DNA of 59,841 bases from Candidatus Microgenomates bacterium (GTDB taxonomy: Bacteria > Patescibacteriota > Microgenomatia > JACQLA01), in contig JACQLA010000003.1 in assembly GCA_016204255.1 (NCBI GenBank), positions 250,088-309,928 on the forward strand, read 5' to 3'. The notes under the pieces are model-generated. The model did no database searches and was not told the DNA's origin. It worked only from the letters and a program-made list of their open reading frames with translations. The stretch's first letter is position 1. Each line of letters begins with the position of its first letter. The position numbers and the translations under genes were made by a program. Below are positions 1 through 8,371 of this stretch, piece after piece.

Positions 1-1060
1 AAAGCATATTGTCTGGTCCTAAAACTACTTCTCTGATTCTACCAAATTCGCCTTTAAAATGAGTTCGTAAAAGCGTGTTCCCCTGACTAAATTCCATTTC
101 ATACAAAGCTTGCCCTCTTAATCCGGCAAAGAAAATGGAATATTTATTATCTGAGTACCTGTAATAGGCAGTTCCGGCCGGAGCCCAAGTATCATCACCG
201 CTGTGAAAAACAGGTTGTTCCATGTCGGTTTTTTTCTGATCACCTATAATTTGGGGCCAACCATAATTTTTTCCGATCTCTATTCTGTTAAACTCATCCT
301 GTCCTGTCCCAAAGATTCCGCCAGAGGGTCCATGTTCTGTTTCCCACAAAATACCATCGCTGTCCCAAGTTAAACCCTGAGGGTTGCGATGACTATAAGA
401 GTAAACTAAATTGCTGAATGGATTATCCGAAGGAACACCGCCGTCATCTCTAATCCTTAAAATTTTTCCAGCTAAGGAGTTTTTGTCTTGCGCCTGAGAA
501 GGATTTTGGGCATCTCCAGTTGTGATATACAAGTAGCCGTCCGGACCGAATTTGATCCTGCCTCCGTTATGATTTGAAGCTCCGGGAATTTTATCAACAA
601 TAACTGTTTGTTCGGTCAATAGTCTTCCGTCAAATTTAAAACGGGCCACCCGATTTAAAGTCTCTCCCTCTTTGGCAAAATAAGTATAGTAAAGATAAAC
701 AAACTGATTCTCAGAAAATTTTGGATGGACTGCTATACCCAACAATCCTCCTTCGCCAACATGCGCTACCTCGTTTAAAGATAAAACCGGCTGAGACTCG
801 AGACCGTTTCTCTTAGTGACCAAACGTACTCTGCCGGGACGTTCTGTGATCAAAAAATTACCATTTGGTAAAAAATCTATTGCCCAAGGAATCTCCAGAT
901 TCTGCGCGATAATTGACACTTCAAACAGGGTTTCTTCACCGGTTTTTTGAAAGTTAGTTTTTAATTCCGGTTCCGAAACCCCGATTTTTTTAAGGTTAAC
1001 GTAAGCGACAACAGTTATCAAAAAGATTGCTCCAATTATAAATATGGACTTTTTATACAT
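1..1060 (-). CDS. PQQ-dependent sugar (glucose/sorbosone) dehydrogenase family, 3' end outside the window
   Basis: Manual translation from ATG at 1060 (absent from the ORF track). Signal/anchor helix, then IPWAIDFLPNG, TERPGRV, GEGGLLGIAVHP, NHNGGRIKFGPDGYLY, HRNPQGLTW, TEHGP and GRIREVVLGPD motifs. Confidence 0.9.
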   Translation of the reverse strand, partial: MYKKSIFIIGAIFLITVVAYVNLKKIGVSEPELKTNFQKTGEETLFEVSIIAQNLEIPWAIDFLPNGNFLITERPGRVRLVTKRNGLESQPVLSLNEVAHVGEGGLLGIAVHPKFSENQFVYLYYTYFAKEGETLNRVARFKFDGRLLTEQTVIVDKIPGASNHNGGRIKFGPDGYLYITTGDAQNPSQAQDKNSLAGKILRIRDDGGVPSDNPFSNLVYSYSHRNPQGLTWDSDGILWETEHGPSGGIFGTGQDEFNRIEIGKNYGWPQIIGDQKKTDMEQPVFHSGDDTWAPAGTAYYRYSDNKYSIFFAGLRGQALYEMEFSQGNTLLRTHFKGEFGRIREVVLGPDNML

Positions 1061-1148
1061 CTTGAGTGGCGGTTTACAATTTAGAAAATTTTACGACTTT
1101 TAGGGGATTTAATCTAGTATTTTATCTTTCAATGATTTTTTGTGTAGG

Positions 1149-1280
1149 TCAACTCTTTTTGTGTTTAAAATACTCAATTTGTGCAAGCCTCTTTTTGGCT
1201 TCTTCTTTTGTTGAGTATGTACCCATATTACGCCCGCTCTCAGAAACTACCCGATATCCCTCCTTAACCTTTTTGATCAT
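1149..1280 (-). CDS. Small 43-aa basic protein (MIKKVKEGYRVVSESGRNMGTYSTKEEAKKRLAQIEYFKHKKS)
   Basis: Manual translation with a GAAAGGAGG ribosome-binding site just upstream. Resembles a recurrent small-protein family; below the ORF-track cut-off. Confidence 0.7.
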   Translation of the reverse strand: MIKKVKEGYRVVSESGRNMGTYSTKEEAKKRLAQIEYFKHKKS

Positions 1281-1310
1281 AAATTCGGCCTCCTTTCCAT
1301 CGCTAGTAGA

Positions 1311-1486
1311 TTATTTTCCTCCCGGAGGTGACGGGACCTTAACACCTTTTTTTCTGGCTTCAGACAAACCAATGGCTACGACCTATTCCCGGCTCTTAAC
1401 GGTTTTTCCGCTTCTTAATTGACCCCGCTTCATTTTGTGCATTGCTTCTTCAACCGATTTTTGCGATTTTTACTATATCTTGGCAA
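1311..1486 (-). pseudogene. DUF6496-like small basic protein, disrupted
   Basis: Reconstructed as MPRYSK(K)SQKSVEEAMHKMKRGQLRSGKTVKSRE*VVAIGLSEARKKGVKVP. It has a 1-nt deletion in an A-run near 1470 and an in-frame TAG at 1383-1385 where Gln is expected. Confidence 0.7.
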
Positions 1487-1558
1487 AATTTTACCACCGG
1501 GCCTTTCATTAAATAATGTACAGAGTAGCATTAAGTTCTCTGTACATTTTATTTTCGC

Positions 1559-2041
1559 TTAGGCTCTAAACAGTTTACCTGTGGGCCAATGCTTCCCTAT
1601 CTCACCAAATCTCATGTGGGCAAACCACGGATAAACAAGTCCTAAAACAAACCCGTATACCAGGTACCCGAAAAATCCGGGTAAAACGGTATCTGCTTCT
1701 TCCATTGTTAAAACCCCCATTCCTAAGATGACGGGCATAAAAATAAACTGATTCAGTACCCACCAGGCAGCCCCGTATATCAGACCAAATATCATTCCCT
1801 TTTCTGTTGCTTCAGCTGAACGCCCGAAAATAAGTGCAAAACCAAACCCGATAATTGCGCTCGCTAATAGCTGGACAAAAAAACCAGCCACCGCCGAAGA
1901 GCTACCAATAAGACGGGCAATTATTGGAAGCATATCAAACATCCCGAAAACCATTCCGGAAAAAATCCCTGCAACCATCCCCCCTAAAATTCCGGCTGTA
2001 ATATGCTTCTGTTCAACCCACATCCGTATATCGTTTACCAT
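1559..2041 (-). CDS. Small multi-pass membrane protein (4 TM, Gly-rich)
   Basis: ORF track; hydrophobic GxxxG-rich helices; strong AGGAGGTGA-type RBS upstream. Confidence 0.75.
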   Translation of the reverse strand: MVNDIRMWVEQKHITAGILGGMVAGIFSGMVFGMFDMLPIIARLIGSSSAVAGFFVQLLASAIIGFGFALIFGRSAEATEKGMIFGLIYGAAWWVLNQFIFMPVILGMGVLTMEEADTVLPGFFGYLVYGFVLGLVYPWFAHMRFGEIGKHWPTGKLFRA

Positions 2042-2124
2042 CTTTCTTCACCTCCCTTCTCAAAGACAGCACGATATTAGCATTATCCTGGTAAATTTTC
2101 TGTTGTCTGGCTTACAAAAGAATT

Positions 2125-3279
2125 TTAAAGTCGCTTGAGGATTTTGTCTTTTTCTAAAGGGGGAATTTTAGTTTTATGCACAGCCTGGCGCAAGATATTA
2201 ATAGTAGTATCGTAAGTTTCTCGGTCAATGGGATAAGGAACGGCGTCTTTTCCGCCATGGGCAAAACTGTAGCGCGCCGGGTCCTCATAAGAAGGTACGG
2301 CGTCATAGATTACTTCTGCCACAAGCGCTAAAGAACGCACTGTTTTTGGTCCGACGCCCTGCATTTCCACCATGGCCTCATAACTGCCTGGTTTTTGCTC
2401 GGTAATTTTTCGCAAAATTTTGTCCAAATATTTGCTTGAGGCAAAATCCTCAAATTCCACCGGATGATGATTGAAATCCTGATGTGACAATTTTAAGAAA
2501 GTGTATTTTTCATCTTTAAATTTAAACGAGAGCATTTTGGAGGCGAAATTACTGTGTTTTTGCAGAAGCTGAAGATCATCAAAAATCTGTTTGTATCCAG
2601 CTTTAACCAATTCTTGAGAAACTTCACGGGTCTTATCGCTGTCTTTGGCAACCAAATTTAAAACTGCGCCTCCTCTTTTTTGCGAAGCAATGCCGGCGTG
2701 CGGCTCATTGACAAAATCATGATGACTTTGAGGATTTAAAACATCAAACCAATGATATCGTCGGGCAGTTTTATTTGTGGTATTCATCCCCTGCTGGACA
2801 ACTGTCCAGGCTCCATTTGTGGAGAAAAAGAAGGTGTGATGATAAAGTTGATAACCGTCTTGCACTAAGGAACTGTCGACTTTGGCCGACATTTTGGAAT
2901 TTCTAACCAGTGATTTTGTAGTATTTTGGGGTAGATTTAAAGTCTGCCCCCAAGATTCGATTTGCTCCGGAGTTTTACGCGAGGTTTTTCCTTTCCCGCC
3001 GCAGATAAAAATTCCCAAATCCCTTTCCTGTCCCCGAATCGCTTCCTTAAGGGCGGCGGTTAAAATAGTTGTTAAGCCCGAGCCATTCCAGTCAAAAGCC
3101 AAAACTGTTCCTAAAGATTGAAACCAAACGGGATCGGCAATGCGCTTTATAAACTCGTCCGGGCCGTACTCATCGACTAAAACCTGCGTCATCTCCCGGC
3201 CAAGGCGCACCATTCGCTCGAAAAGCCAAGGCGGGCATTGACCATGGTCTAGAGTGAAGGTGGCAACGCCTCTTTGCAT
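2125..3279 (-). CDS. DUF763 domain-containing protein
   Basis: DPxWFQSLGxVLAFDWNxSGLTT, ICGGKG, YHHxFFF, GVGPKTVRSLAL and YSFAHGGKD motifs. Confidence 0.9.
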   Translation of the reverse strand: MQRGVATFTLDHGQCPPWLFERMVRLGREMTQVLVDEYGPDEFIKRIADPVWFQSLGTVLAFDWNGSGLTTILTAALKEAIRGQERDLGIFICGGKGKTSRKTPEQIESWGQTLNLPQNTTKSLVRNSKMSAKVDSSLVQDGYQLYHHTFFFSTNGAWTVVQQGMNTTNKTARRYHWFDVLNPQSHHDFVNEPHAGIASQKRGGAVLNLVAKDSDKTREVSQELVKAGYKQIFDDLQLLQKHSNFASKMLSFKFKDEKYTFLKLSHQDFNHHPVEFEDFASSKYLDKILRKITEQKPGSYEAMVEMQGVGPKTVRSLALVAEVIYDAVPSYEDPARYSFAHGGKDAVPYPIDRETYDTTINILRQAVHKTKIPPLEKDKILKRL

Positions 3280-3352
3280 GTATGCAGATATTATACCTCA
3301 TATTTTAAAGGTGGAGATTCCAATCTACTTAGAAGTTAAATTCTGAGTGATT

Positions 3353-3541
3353 TTATTTAGCTAGTTTAAGCGCAGTATAAGCCAAGTAGCCATCTACCAC
3401 CGTAGCAACCATTACCAACCAATCTGGTATTGCCCAACCGGAAATGTCAATTTGCCAACCCAAAAGAAGATAAAGTATACCAAAGGTGGCTTTGGCGGTA
3501 TACAAAACGCCTACTAATTTGAGAAAGCTTTTGAGCTTCAG
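3353..3541 (-). CDS. Small 62-aa two-helix membrane protein (CTG start)
   Basis: Manual translation (M)KLKSFLKLVGVLYTAKATFGILYLLLGWQIDISGWAIPDWLVMVATVVDGYLAYTALKLAK; AAGGGGGTGA RBS precedes the CTG. Confidence 0.6.
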   Translation of the reverse strand: MKLKSFLKLVGVLYTAKATFGILYLLLGWQIDISGWAIPDWLVMVATVVDGYLAYTALKLAK

Positions 3542-3565
3542 AGTCTCACCCCCTTTCTGAGAACG

Positions 3566-3913
3566 CTACTGCCCCATCATCTGCATCATCCCTGTTCCTG
3601 TTTTCATCATGGAACTGCCATTTTTCATCATGGTTGAAGCGCTGGCTTCAACCTCTTTTGCTTTTTGTGTCAGTTCGGAATCACGGTACATTTGCCCTTT
3701 CTTTGTCATCATCTGACCAGCGCCGCTCATCATCTGACCCATTTGCATCATTTCTGATCCGCTGCTTTTCATCATAGAGGCGGATTGAGTAAGATAGCCG
3801 TTTGAAGCAGCTTGACTGGTTTTACCTAAATAAAAACCAATCAGGATGCCGACAAATAATATTCCTGCAAGCCAAAGCATAAAATTAGGTTGAGCTTTTG
3901 AATTTTTTGCCAA
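3566..3913 (-). CDS. Met-rich exported or membrane-anchored protein
   Basis: N-terminal TM helix; 18 Met in the last ~70 aa; AAGGGGGTGA RBS. Confidence 0.8.
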   Translation of the reverse strand: MAKNSKAQPNFMLWLAGILFVGILIGFYLGKTSQAASNGYLTQSASMMKSSGSEMMQMGQMMSGAGQMMTKKGQMYRDSELTQKAKEVEASASTMMKNGSSMMKTGTGMMQMMGQ

Positions 3914-3990
3914 TTTGAATCACCCCCTTTTAAATTAGATGTCTATATCGAGAGTAGCAAAATAAAAAATGGGGCGCAAGAGGGATTTTA

Positions 3991-4212
3991 TTATTTTTTA
4001 ATTTCGAATGTTTTTTGCCTGGAGGAAAAACCAGTAATGAGAAACACGCAAGAGGAAGAAACACCGAAATAATCTGCTAAAGCTTTGGCGATAGCCTGAT
4101 TGGCTAAACCTCTGACTGGTGGTTCTTTAACCGATACTATAAAATGATTTTCATCAACTTTTTCAATACCAATCTTTTTGGCTAATGGTTTTGCTTTAAC
4201 AAAAATTTTCAT
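3991..4212 (-). CDS. DUF167 (YggU-like) protein
   Basis: VKEPPVRGLANQAIAKALADYFGV and GFSSRQKTFEI motifs. Confidence 0.9.
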   Translation of the reverse strand: MKIFVKAKPLAKKIGIEKVDENHFIVSVKEPPVRGLANQAIAKALADYFGVSSSCVFLITGFSSRQKTFEIKK

Positions 4213-5535
4213 TTAAATTCCGTTTTTAGAGCGATATCGTTGATGCGAGGCAGCAATTCTTTTTCGGCTCAAAAAAACTAAAAAAGTAAATATCAAAATA
4301 ACCGCGGCTCCCAAACGGATGGCAAATTGCCAGCCAAAATGTTCTGAAAAAAATCCGATCTGAAAATTACCTAAAGGAAACAAGCCCATAAACATAATAA
4401 CATAAAGGCTCATCACGCGACCCCTAAAGCTATCTTTAACCAGGTTTTGAATGGTGGTATTCATCGTGGAAAATTGGGCAAGCAAACCCAATCCCGCCAA
4501 AAAAAGAAATGGAAGCGCGCTTGCCATCGATGATGTAAAAGTAAAACCAACCATTGCCAATGAAAATAAAGTACTGCCGCCAAGAATAAAGATAAGGGCA
4601 TTTACTTTTTTGGAAAATGCCGAAACCGCAATCGTTGCTATTAGAGCGCCCAAACCCGCAGCCGCATACAGATAGCCCAAACCATCCGCATCAACATGGA
4701 AAGTATTCTGAGCAATAATAGACATAATAGTTGTATAAGACCATCCAAAAACAGAAACAACCCCGGTAAAAAGCAAAAGCACCCGGATAATTGGATGACC
4801 CCAGGTATAAGTTATTCCTTCTTTGATGGCTTGAAAAGGATGTGGGTGAATCTTGGGAATTATAACTTTAGCGTGGATGAAAAGAAGGGCTACGATAACG
4901 GCAATATAGCTTATCCCATTGATAATAAATGCGCCGCTTATTCCTGCGAAAGCAATTAAAAAGCCGGCGGCACTCGGGCCAATAACCCGGGCGGCATTAA
5001 AAATCCCAGCATTTAAAGCGATTGCCGAATGTAAATCTTCCTTTCCCACCATCTCGATCACAAATGACTGTCGGGCTGGAGCATCAATGGCATTAACAAT
5101 CCCCAATAAAAAGGCCAAAAGGGCAATTTCCCAGACTGTAATTACATTTAATAAGGTCAAAGTTCCTAAGATAAAGGCTAAGATCATTGACGAAGCTTGA
5201 GTCAGAAGAAGAATTTTTCGCTTTGAAAATCTATCAACAAGTACGCCGCCAAAAAGAGAAAAAAGAAGAGTCGGTGAAGTTGCAATTGCCGCTGTCAAAC
5301 CGATCAAAAAGGCAGAATTTGTTAGTTTCAACACAAGCCAGCTCTGGGCAACAATTTGCAGCCAGGTACCAACCAGTGAAATTAGCTGGCCGCTAAAGTA
5401 AAGCTGGTAGTTCCGACTCTTTAATGCCGGAAAAACTTTAAAGAAACGGTCGGTCCAGCCAATTGCCTCTCCCACACTTACTTCCGGACTTTGGCTAAAA
5501 ATAATTTGTTCTTCAGCAGTAAATTTTTGTGTCAT
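4213..5535 (-). CDS. MFS transporter (DUF894/EntS-like)
   Basis: 12-TM pattern; GGVLVDRFSKRK, DAPARQSF and RGRVMS motifs. Confidence 0.9.
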   Translation of the reverse strand: MTQKFTAEEQIIFSQSPEVSVGEAIGWTDRFFKVFPALKSRNYQLYFSGQLISLVGTWLQIVAQSWLVLKLTNSAFLIGLTAAIATSPTLLFSLFGGVLVDRFSKRKILLLTQASSMILAFILGTLTLLNVITVWEIALLAFLLGIVNAIDAPARQSFVIEMVGKEDLHSAIALNAGIFNAARVIGPSAAGFLIAFAGISGAFIINGISYIAVIVALLFIHAKVIIPKIHPHPFQAIKEGITYTWGHPIIRVLLLFTGVVSVFGWSYTTIMSIIAQNTFHVDADGLGYLYAAAGLGALIATIAVSAFSKKVNALIFILGGSTLFSLAMVGFTFTSSMASALPFLFLAGLGLLAQFSTMNTTIQNLVKDSFRGRVMSLYVIMFMGLFPLGNFQIGFFSEHFGWQFAIRLGAAVILIFTFLVFLSRKRIAASHQRYRSKNGI

Positions 5536-5700
5536 AAAAAAACGGAAGGAATTTCTTTTTGACGAAAAACCCGGTGATTTACCGGAGCTAAAACGAAGTA
5601 AGAAAATAGACTTAATTTATTATATTAAAAAAACCCCAATCTATCCATCACTAAATTAAATAAATTGCATTCTTTATGTTATTTTGATATACAAGCTTCT

Positions 5701-6510
5701 ATGGTAGTTTTAACAGAAATCCCTCGGCCGACGGCAGCGGAAACTACACCAACGCCTGACAAACCGCCAACCCTGCCAAAGGGTCTCGCTCAGGAAACTT
5801 ATGAATTTCTTATTGAGGCCCAAAGATTCCGCGCTTATGAAGAACTCAGCCTAAAACAAAGAAATCTCATTGGGATTTATTTTGGAACCGAAGCCCGGCT
5901 TAAAGATCTTGCCTCAATTGCACGGGTTAATGACGCCGGAACGGTTAGGTATCTTATTGTTTCGGGTCTTGAAAAAATGTGGAATCGTCTCCCTTCAAAC
6001 TTTCAAGGAAAATATCCCAAGGAAAAAGTAATAAGACTGAAAGGAGGTCTCTCTGATTCAGTTCGTGTCAAAATGAGCGAGAGTCGCCGAGGGAAAAAAC
6101 ATTCTGCCGCCACAAAAAAAATTAATGCAGATATCCGAAGGGACCGATGGAATCAAGATGACGAATATCGACAAGGCATAACTAAAACCCTTACAGGAAG
6201 GATGATTTCAACCGCAACTAAGGAAAAACTCATTAAAGCTGCCGAGGAAAAATGGCGAGATAGGGGTTATCGTGAGAAGGTTCTGGAAGCTAAATTTGGA
6301 GACCCAACAAGACGGATTTTCCATTATGCGCGAGCACGTAGATTATTCCCAAAAATAAGGAAATATGTTAGAAGCACGAACTATATGACCGAGCAACAGT
6401 TGGACACCATATTATCTTTTTACGAAGGACGGGTAAGAAAAAAGCCTAGTCAAGATATCATTGATAATTTTTCAATTGTTGTCTTACGAGCTGACGCGGG
6501 TATGACCTAA
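5701..6510 (+). CDS. Hypothetical DNA-binding protein with a sigma70-region-4-like HTH and NUMOD3-like motifs
   Basis: LSLKQRNLIGIYFG..LKDLA..TVRYLIVSGLEKM, then RGKKHSAATKKKI and GRMISTATKEKL. The ATG at 5701 lies 7 nt after TTGCAT-17-TATACA. Confidence 0.7.
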   Translation: MVVLTEIPRPTAAETTPTPDKPPTLPKGLAQETYEFLIEAQRFRAYEELSLKQRNLIGIYFGTEARLKDLASIARVNDAGTVRYLIVSGLEKMWNRLPSNFQGKYPKEKVIRLKGGLSDSVRVKMSESRRGKKHSAATKKINADIRRDRWNQDDEYRQGITKTLTGRMISTATKEKLIKAAEEKWRDRGYREKVLEAKFGDPTRRIFHYARARRLFPKIRKYVRSTNYMTEQQLDTILSFYEGRVRKKPSQDIIDNFSIVVLRADAGMT

Positions 6511-6614
6511 ATGGCGGCTTGACTTCATAGGGTATTTATTTTATCCTACTTAGATAAAAACGTGCCCTTTTAGATATTATACTACGCCTTCGGCTTGTAT
6601 AATTAATTGCAATT

Positions 6615-6791
6615 ATGACCGAAAGACATAGAAGGGGTAAATTAAAAAGGCTCCCCGTTTTTGATCTTAGCAAACCAGAGGATTTAAGTTTACCATTGTC
6701 CGAAAAACCCATTGTGGATACTAATAGATTGCAACAGGAATTAGATTCGCTTGCGCGGATGGGCAAACAAAATCGGCATCTTCACAAATAA
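6615..6791 (+). CDS. Small 58-aa hypothetical protein
   Basis: Manual translation MTERHRRGKLKRLPVFDLSKPEDLSLPLSEKPIVDTNRLQQELDSLARMGKQNRHLHK; TATAAT at 6598-6603. Confidence 0.45.
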   Translation: MTERHRRGKLKRLPVFDLSKPEDLSLPLSEKPIVDTNRLQQELDSLARMGKQNRHLHK

Positions 6792-6876
6792 TCTCATTTT
6801 AACGCCAACTCTCCTCTTGATGATTTAAGAAAAATGAGATAAAATATGCTGTTAAGTGCCTTAATGGCAACGATTT

Positions 6877-7473
6877 ATGTCGAGATATACAGGACCAAAA
6901 GTTAAAAGAGAAAGACGAGTCGGAGTTTCTTTAGGTTTAAAAACCAAACCTTCCAAAAGAATTGAAACGCCGCCGGGTCAGCATGGCCGTCGAGGCCGAA
7001 GAAAAATCTCCAACTACGCTCTCCATCTAACCGAGAAACAAAAACTGAAGTGGACTTATGATGTCTCTGAAAAACAAATGCAAAGATATTATCAGCAGGC
7101 GGCCCGCTCCAAAGGCAATACCGGAGAAAAACTGATTCAGCTGCTTGAGCAAAGACTGGATAATATGATTTACCGACTCGGCTTTGCACCTACCCGCGCC
7201 TCTGCCAGGCAAATAGTGAGTCATGGACACGTCCAGGTTGATGAAAAAAGAGTCAATATCCCCTCTTATCAAGTACGACCGGGCGAGGTTATAACTTTGA
7301 CAAAAAAGGGCTTGGGAATTCCGGTTGTTCAGGAGTCTTTGAAGGAAACAAAGGACATCCTACCTTGGCTTAAGCGAAAAGGGCCAGTCGGCAAAGAAGA
7401 AGCAATCCCCACCCGCGATCAAGTTCCTTTGGACATCAACGAACAGTTGATTATTGAATTCTACTCCCGCTAA
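6877..7473 (+). CDS. rpsD: 30S ribosomal protein S4
   Basis: MSRYTGPK, PPGQHG, EKQKLK and RLDNMIYRLGFAPTRASARQIVSHGH motifs. Confidence 0.98.
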   Translation: MSRYTGPKVKRERRVGVSLGLKTKPSKRIETPPGQHGRRGRRKISNYALHLTEKQKLKWTYDVSEKQMQRYYQQAARSKGNTGEKLIQLLEQRLDNMIYRLGFAPTRASARQIVSHGHVQVDEKRVNIPSYQVRPGEVITLTKKGLGIPVVQESLKETKDILPWLKRKGPVGKEEAIPTRDQVPLDINEQLIIEFYSR

Positions 7474-7509
7474 CGAGGTACCACCTCGCACCAGGTTTAA
7501 CCTCGTTAA
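7471..7509. repeat. AGGT-N3-ACCT doublet palindrome between convergent genes (likely bidirectional terminator)
   Basis: TAACGAGGT-ACC-ACCTCG-CACC-AGGT-TTA-ACCTCGTTA, with a 9-bp outer inverted repeat. Confidence 0.7.
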
Positions 7510-7518
7510 GACCGTCTT

Positions 7519-8256
7519 TCACCTCTTCACCACCTTTGCCGTGATTTTAGCTTCTACTTCGGGAAAATTAATATTGTCGGTTTTAATATAAAATGTTCTT
7601 TCGATGTCGCCGATGTCGGTGTCATCCTTATGAACTGCCGGATCAAAACTCACCGCCACTTTTGTCGATTCGTAAGGGTCAAGGACTTCTTTTTCGACTT
7701 TTGCTTTGGTGCAACCGCACGAAGTACTCACCCTAACAATTTTTAAATTACTGCCAGTATTGTTAGCCAAAGTAAATTCTGTTCGGGCAACATCTCCATA
7801 AATTACCGTTCCCAAACCTTTTACTTTAGGTTCAATTACCACTTCGGTGTGAATCTCGCGATAGGCGTTTACTCCACCAATTAAATTGTTGACATTAGTG
7901 TAACCGGCATCAGCCAAAACCTGTGCGGCCTCAGTGCTCATATTTCCACTACGACAATAAACAATAATTTCGGCTGATTTATCTTTAGGAAACTCATTTA
8001 AGCGATTTTTAACCTCGCGATAGTCAATAAACATATCTGTGCCTACAATATGTTTTTGCTCCGGTACATGAACATCCACCACAAAAGGGTCGCGACTGGC
8101 GGTTACTTTATCAAATTCCTCAACGGTGATATTTTGAAAACTTGCCTTCGGCGAAGATACAAATCGGTTTGTTAGATCTTTACCCGAAAGCACAATCCCA
8201 CCACCGCCCGCAAATAAAATCGTCAGTATTATTATATAGAGTATTTTTTTACTCAT
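7519..8256 (-). CDS. Membrane-anchored rhodanese-like + DUF1573 (Ig-like) fusion protein
   Basis: IIVYCRSGNMS rhodanese loop; VSTSCGCTKA DUF1573 motif. Confidence 0.85.
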   Translation of the reverse strand: MSKKILYIIILTILFAGGGGIVLSGKDLTNRFVSSPKASFQNITVEEFDKVTASRDPFVVDVHVPEQKHIVGTDMFIDYREVKNRLNEFPKDKSAEIIVYCRSGNMSTEAAQVLADAGYTNVNNLIGGVNAYREIHTEVVIEPKVKGLGTVIYGDVARTEFTLANNTGSNLKIVRVSTSCGCTKAKVEKEVLDPYESTKVAVSFDPAVHKDDTDIGDIERTFYIKTDNINFPEVEAKITAKVVKR

Positions 8257-8285
8257 AATAGAAGTGGACCATGACTAATTCGTTT

Positions 8286-8358
8286 CGTCATTGCGAGCGC
8301 AGTGAAGCAATCTCATTGCAATATATTACTACAGTCGGATTCTCGACCCTCGCAATGA
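8286..8358. repeat. CGTC-tagged REP-like element (GTCATTGCGAG subtype)
   Basis: CGTCATTGCGAG..GAAGCAATCT ... CTCGCAATGA. Confidence 0.75.
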
Positions 8359-8371
8359 TAAGAAACTGTAA

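Noticed and set aside
1383-1385. In-frame TAG suggesting stop-codon recoding
   Set aside because: The same gene also has a frameshift, and TAG/TGA end conserved genes normally (TGA in recR and mtnP), so code 11 applies.
1066-1422. + strand 118-aa ORF in the track
   Set aside because: It is the antisense shadow of two minus-strand small genes that have an RBS or family-like sequence.
5536-5600. Hairpin (CCGGTAAATCACCGG) upstream of the MFS gene as a riboswitch
   Set aside because: I could not match any known aptamer consensus; a short stem alone is insufficient.
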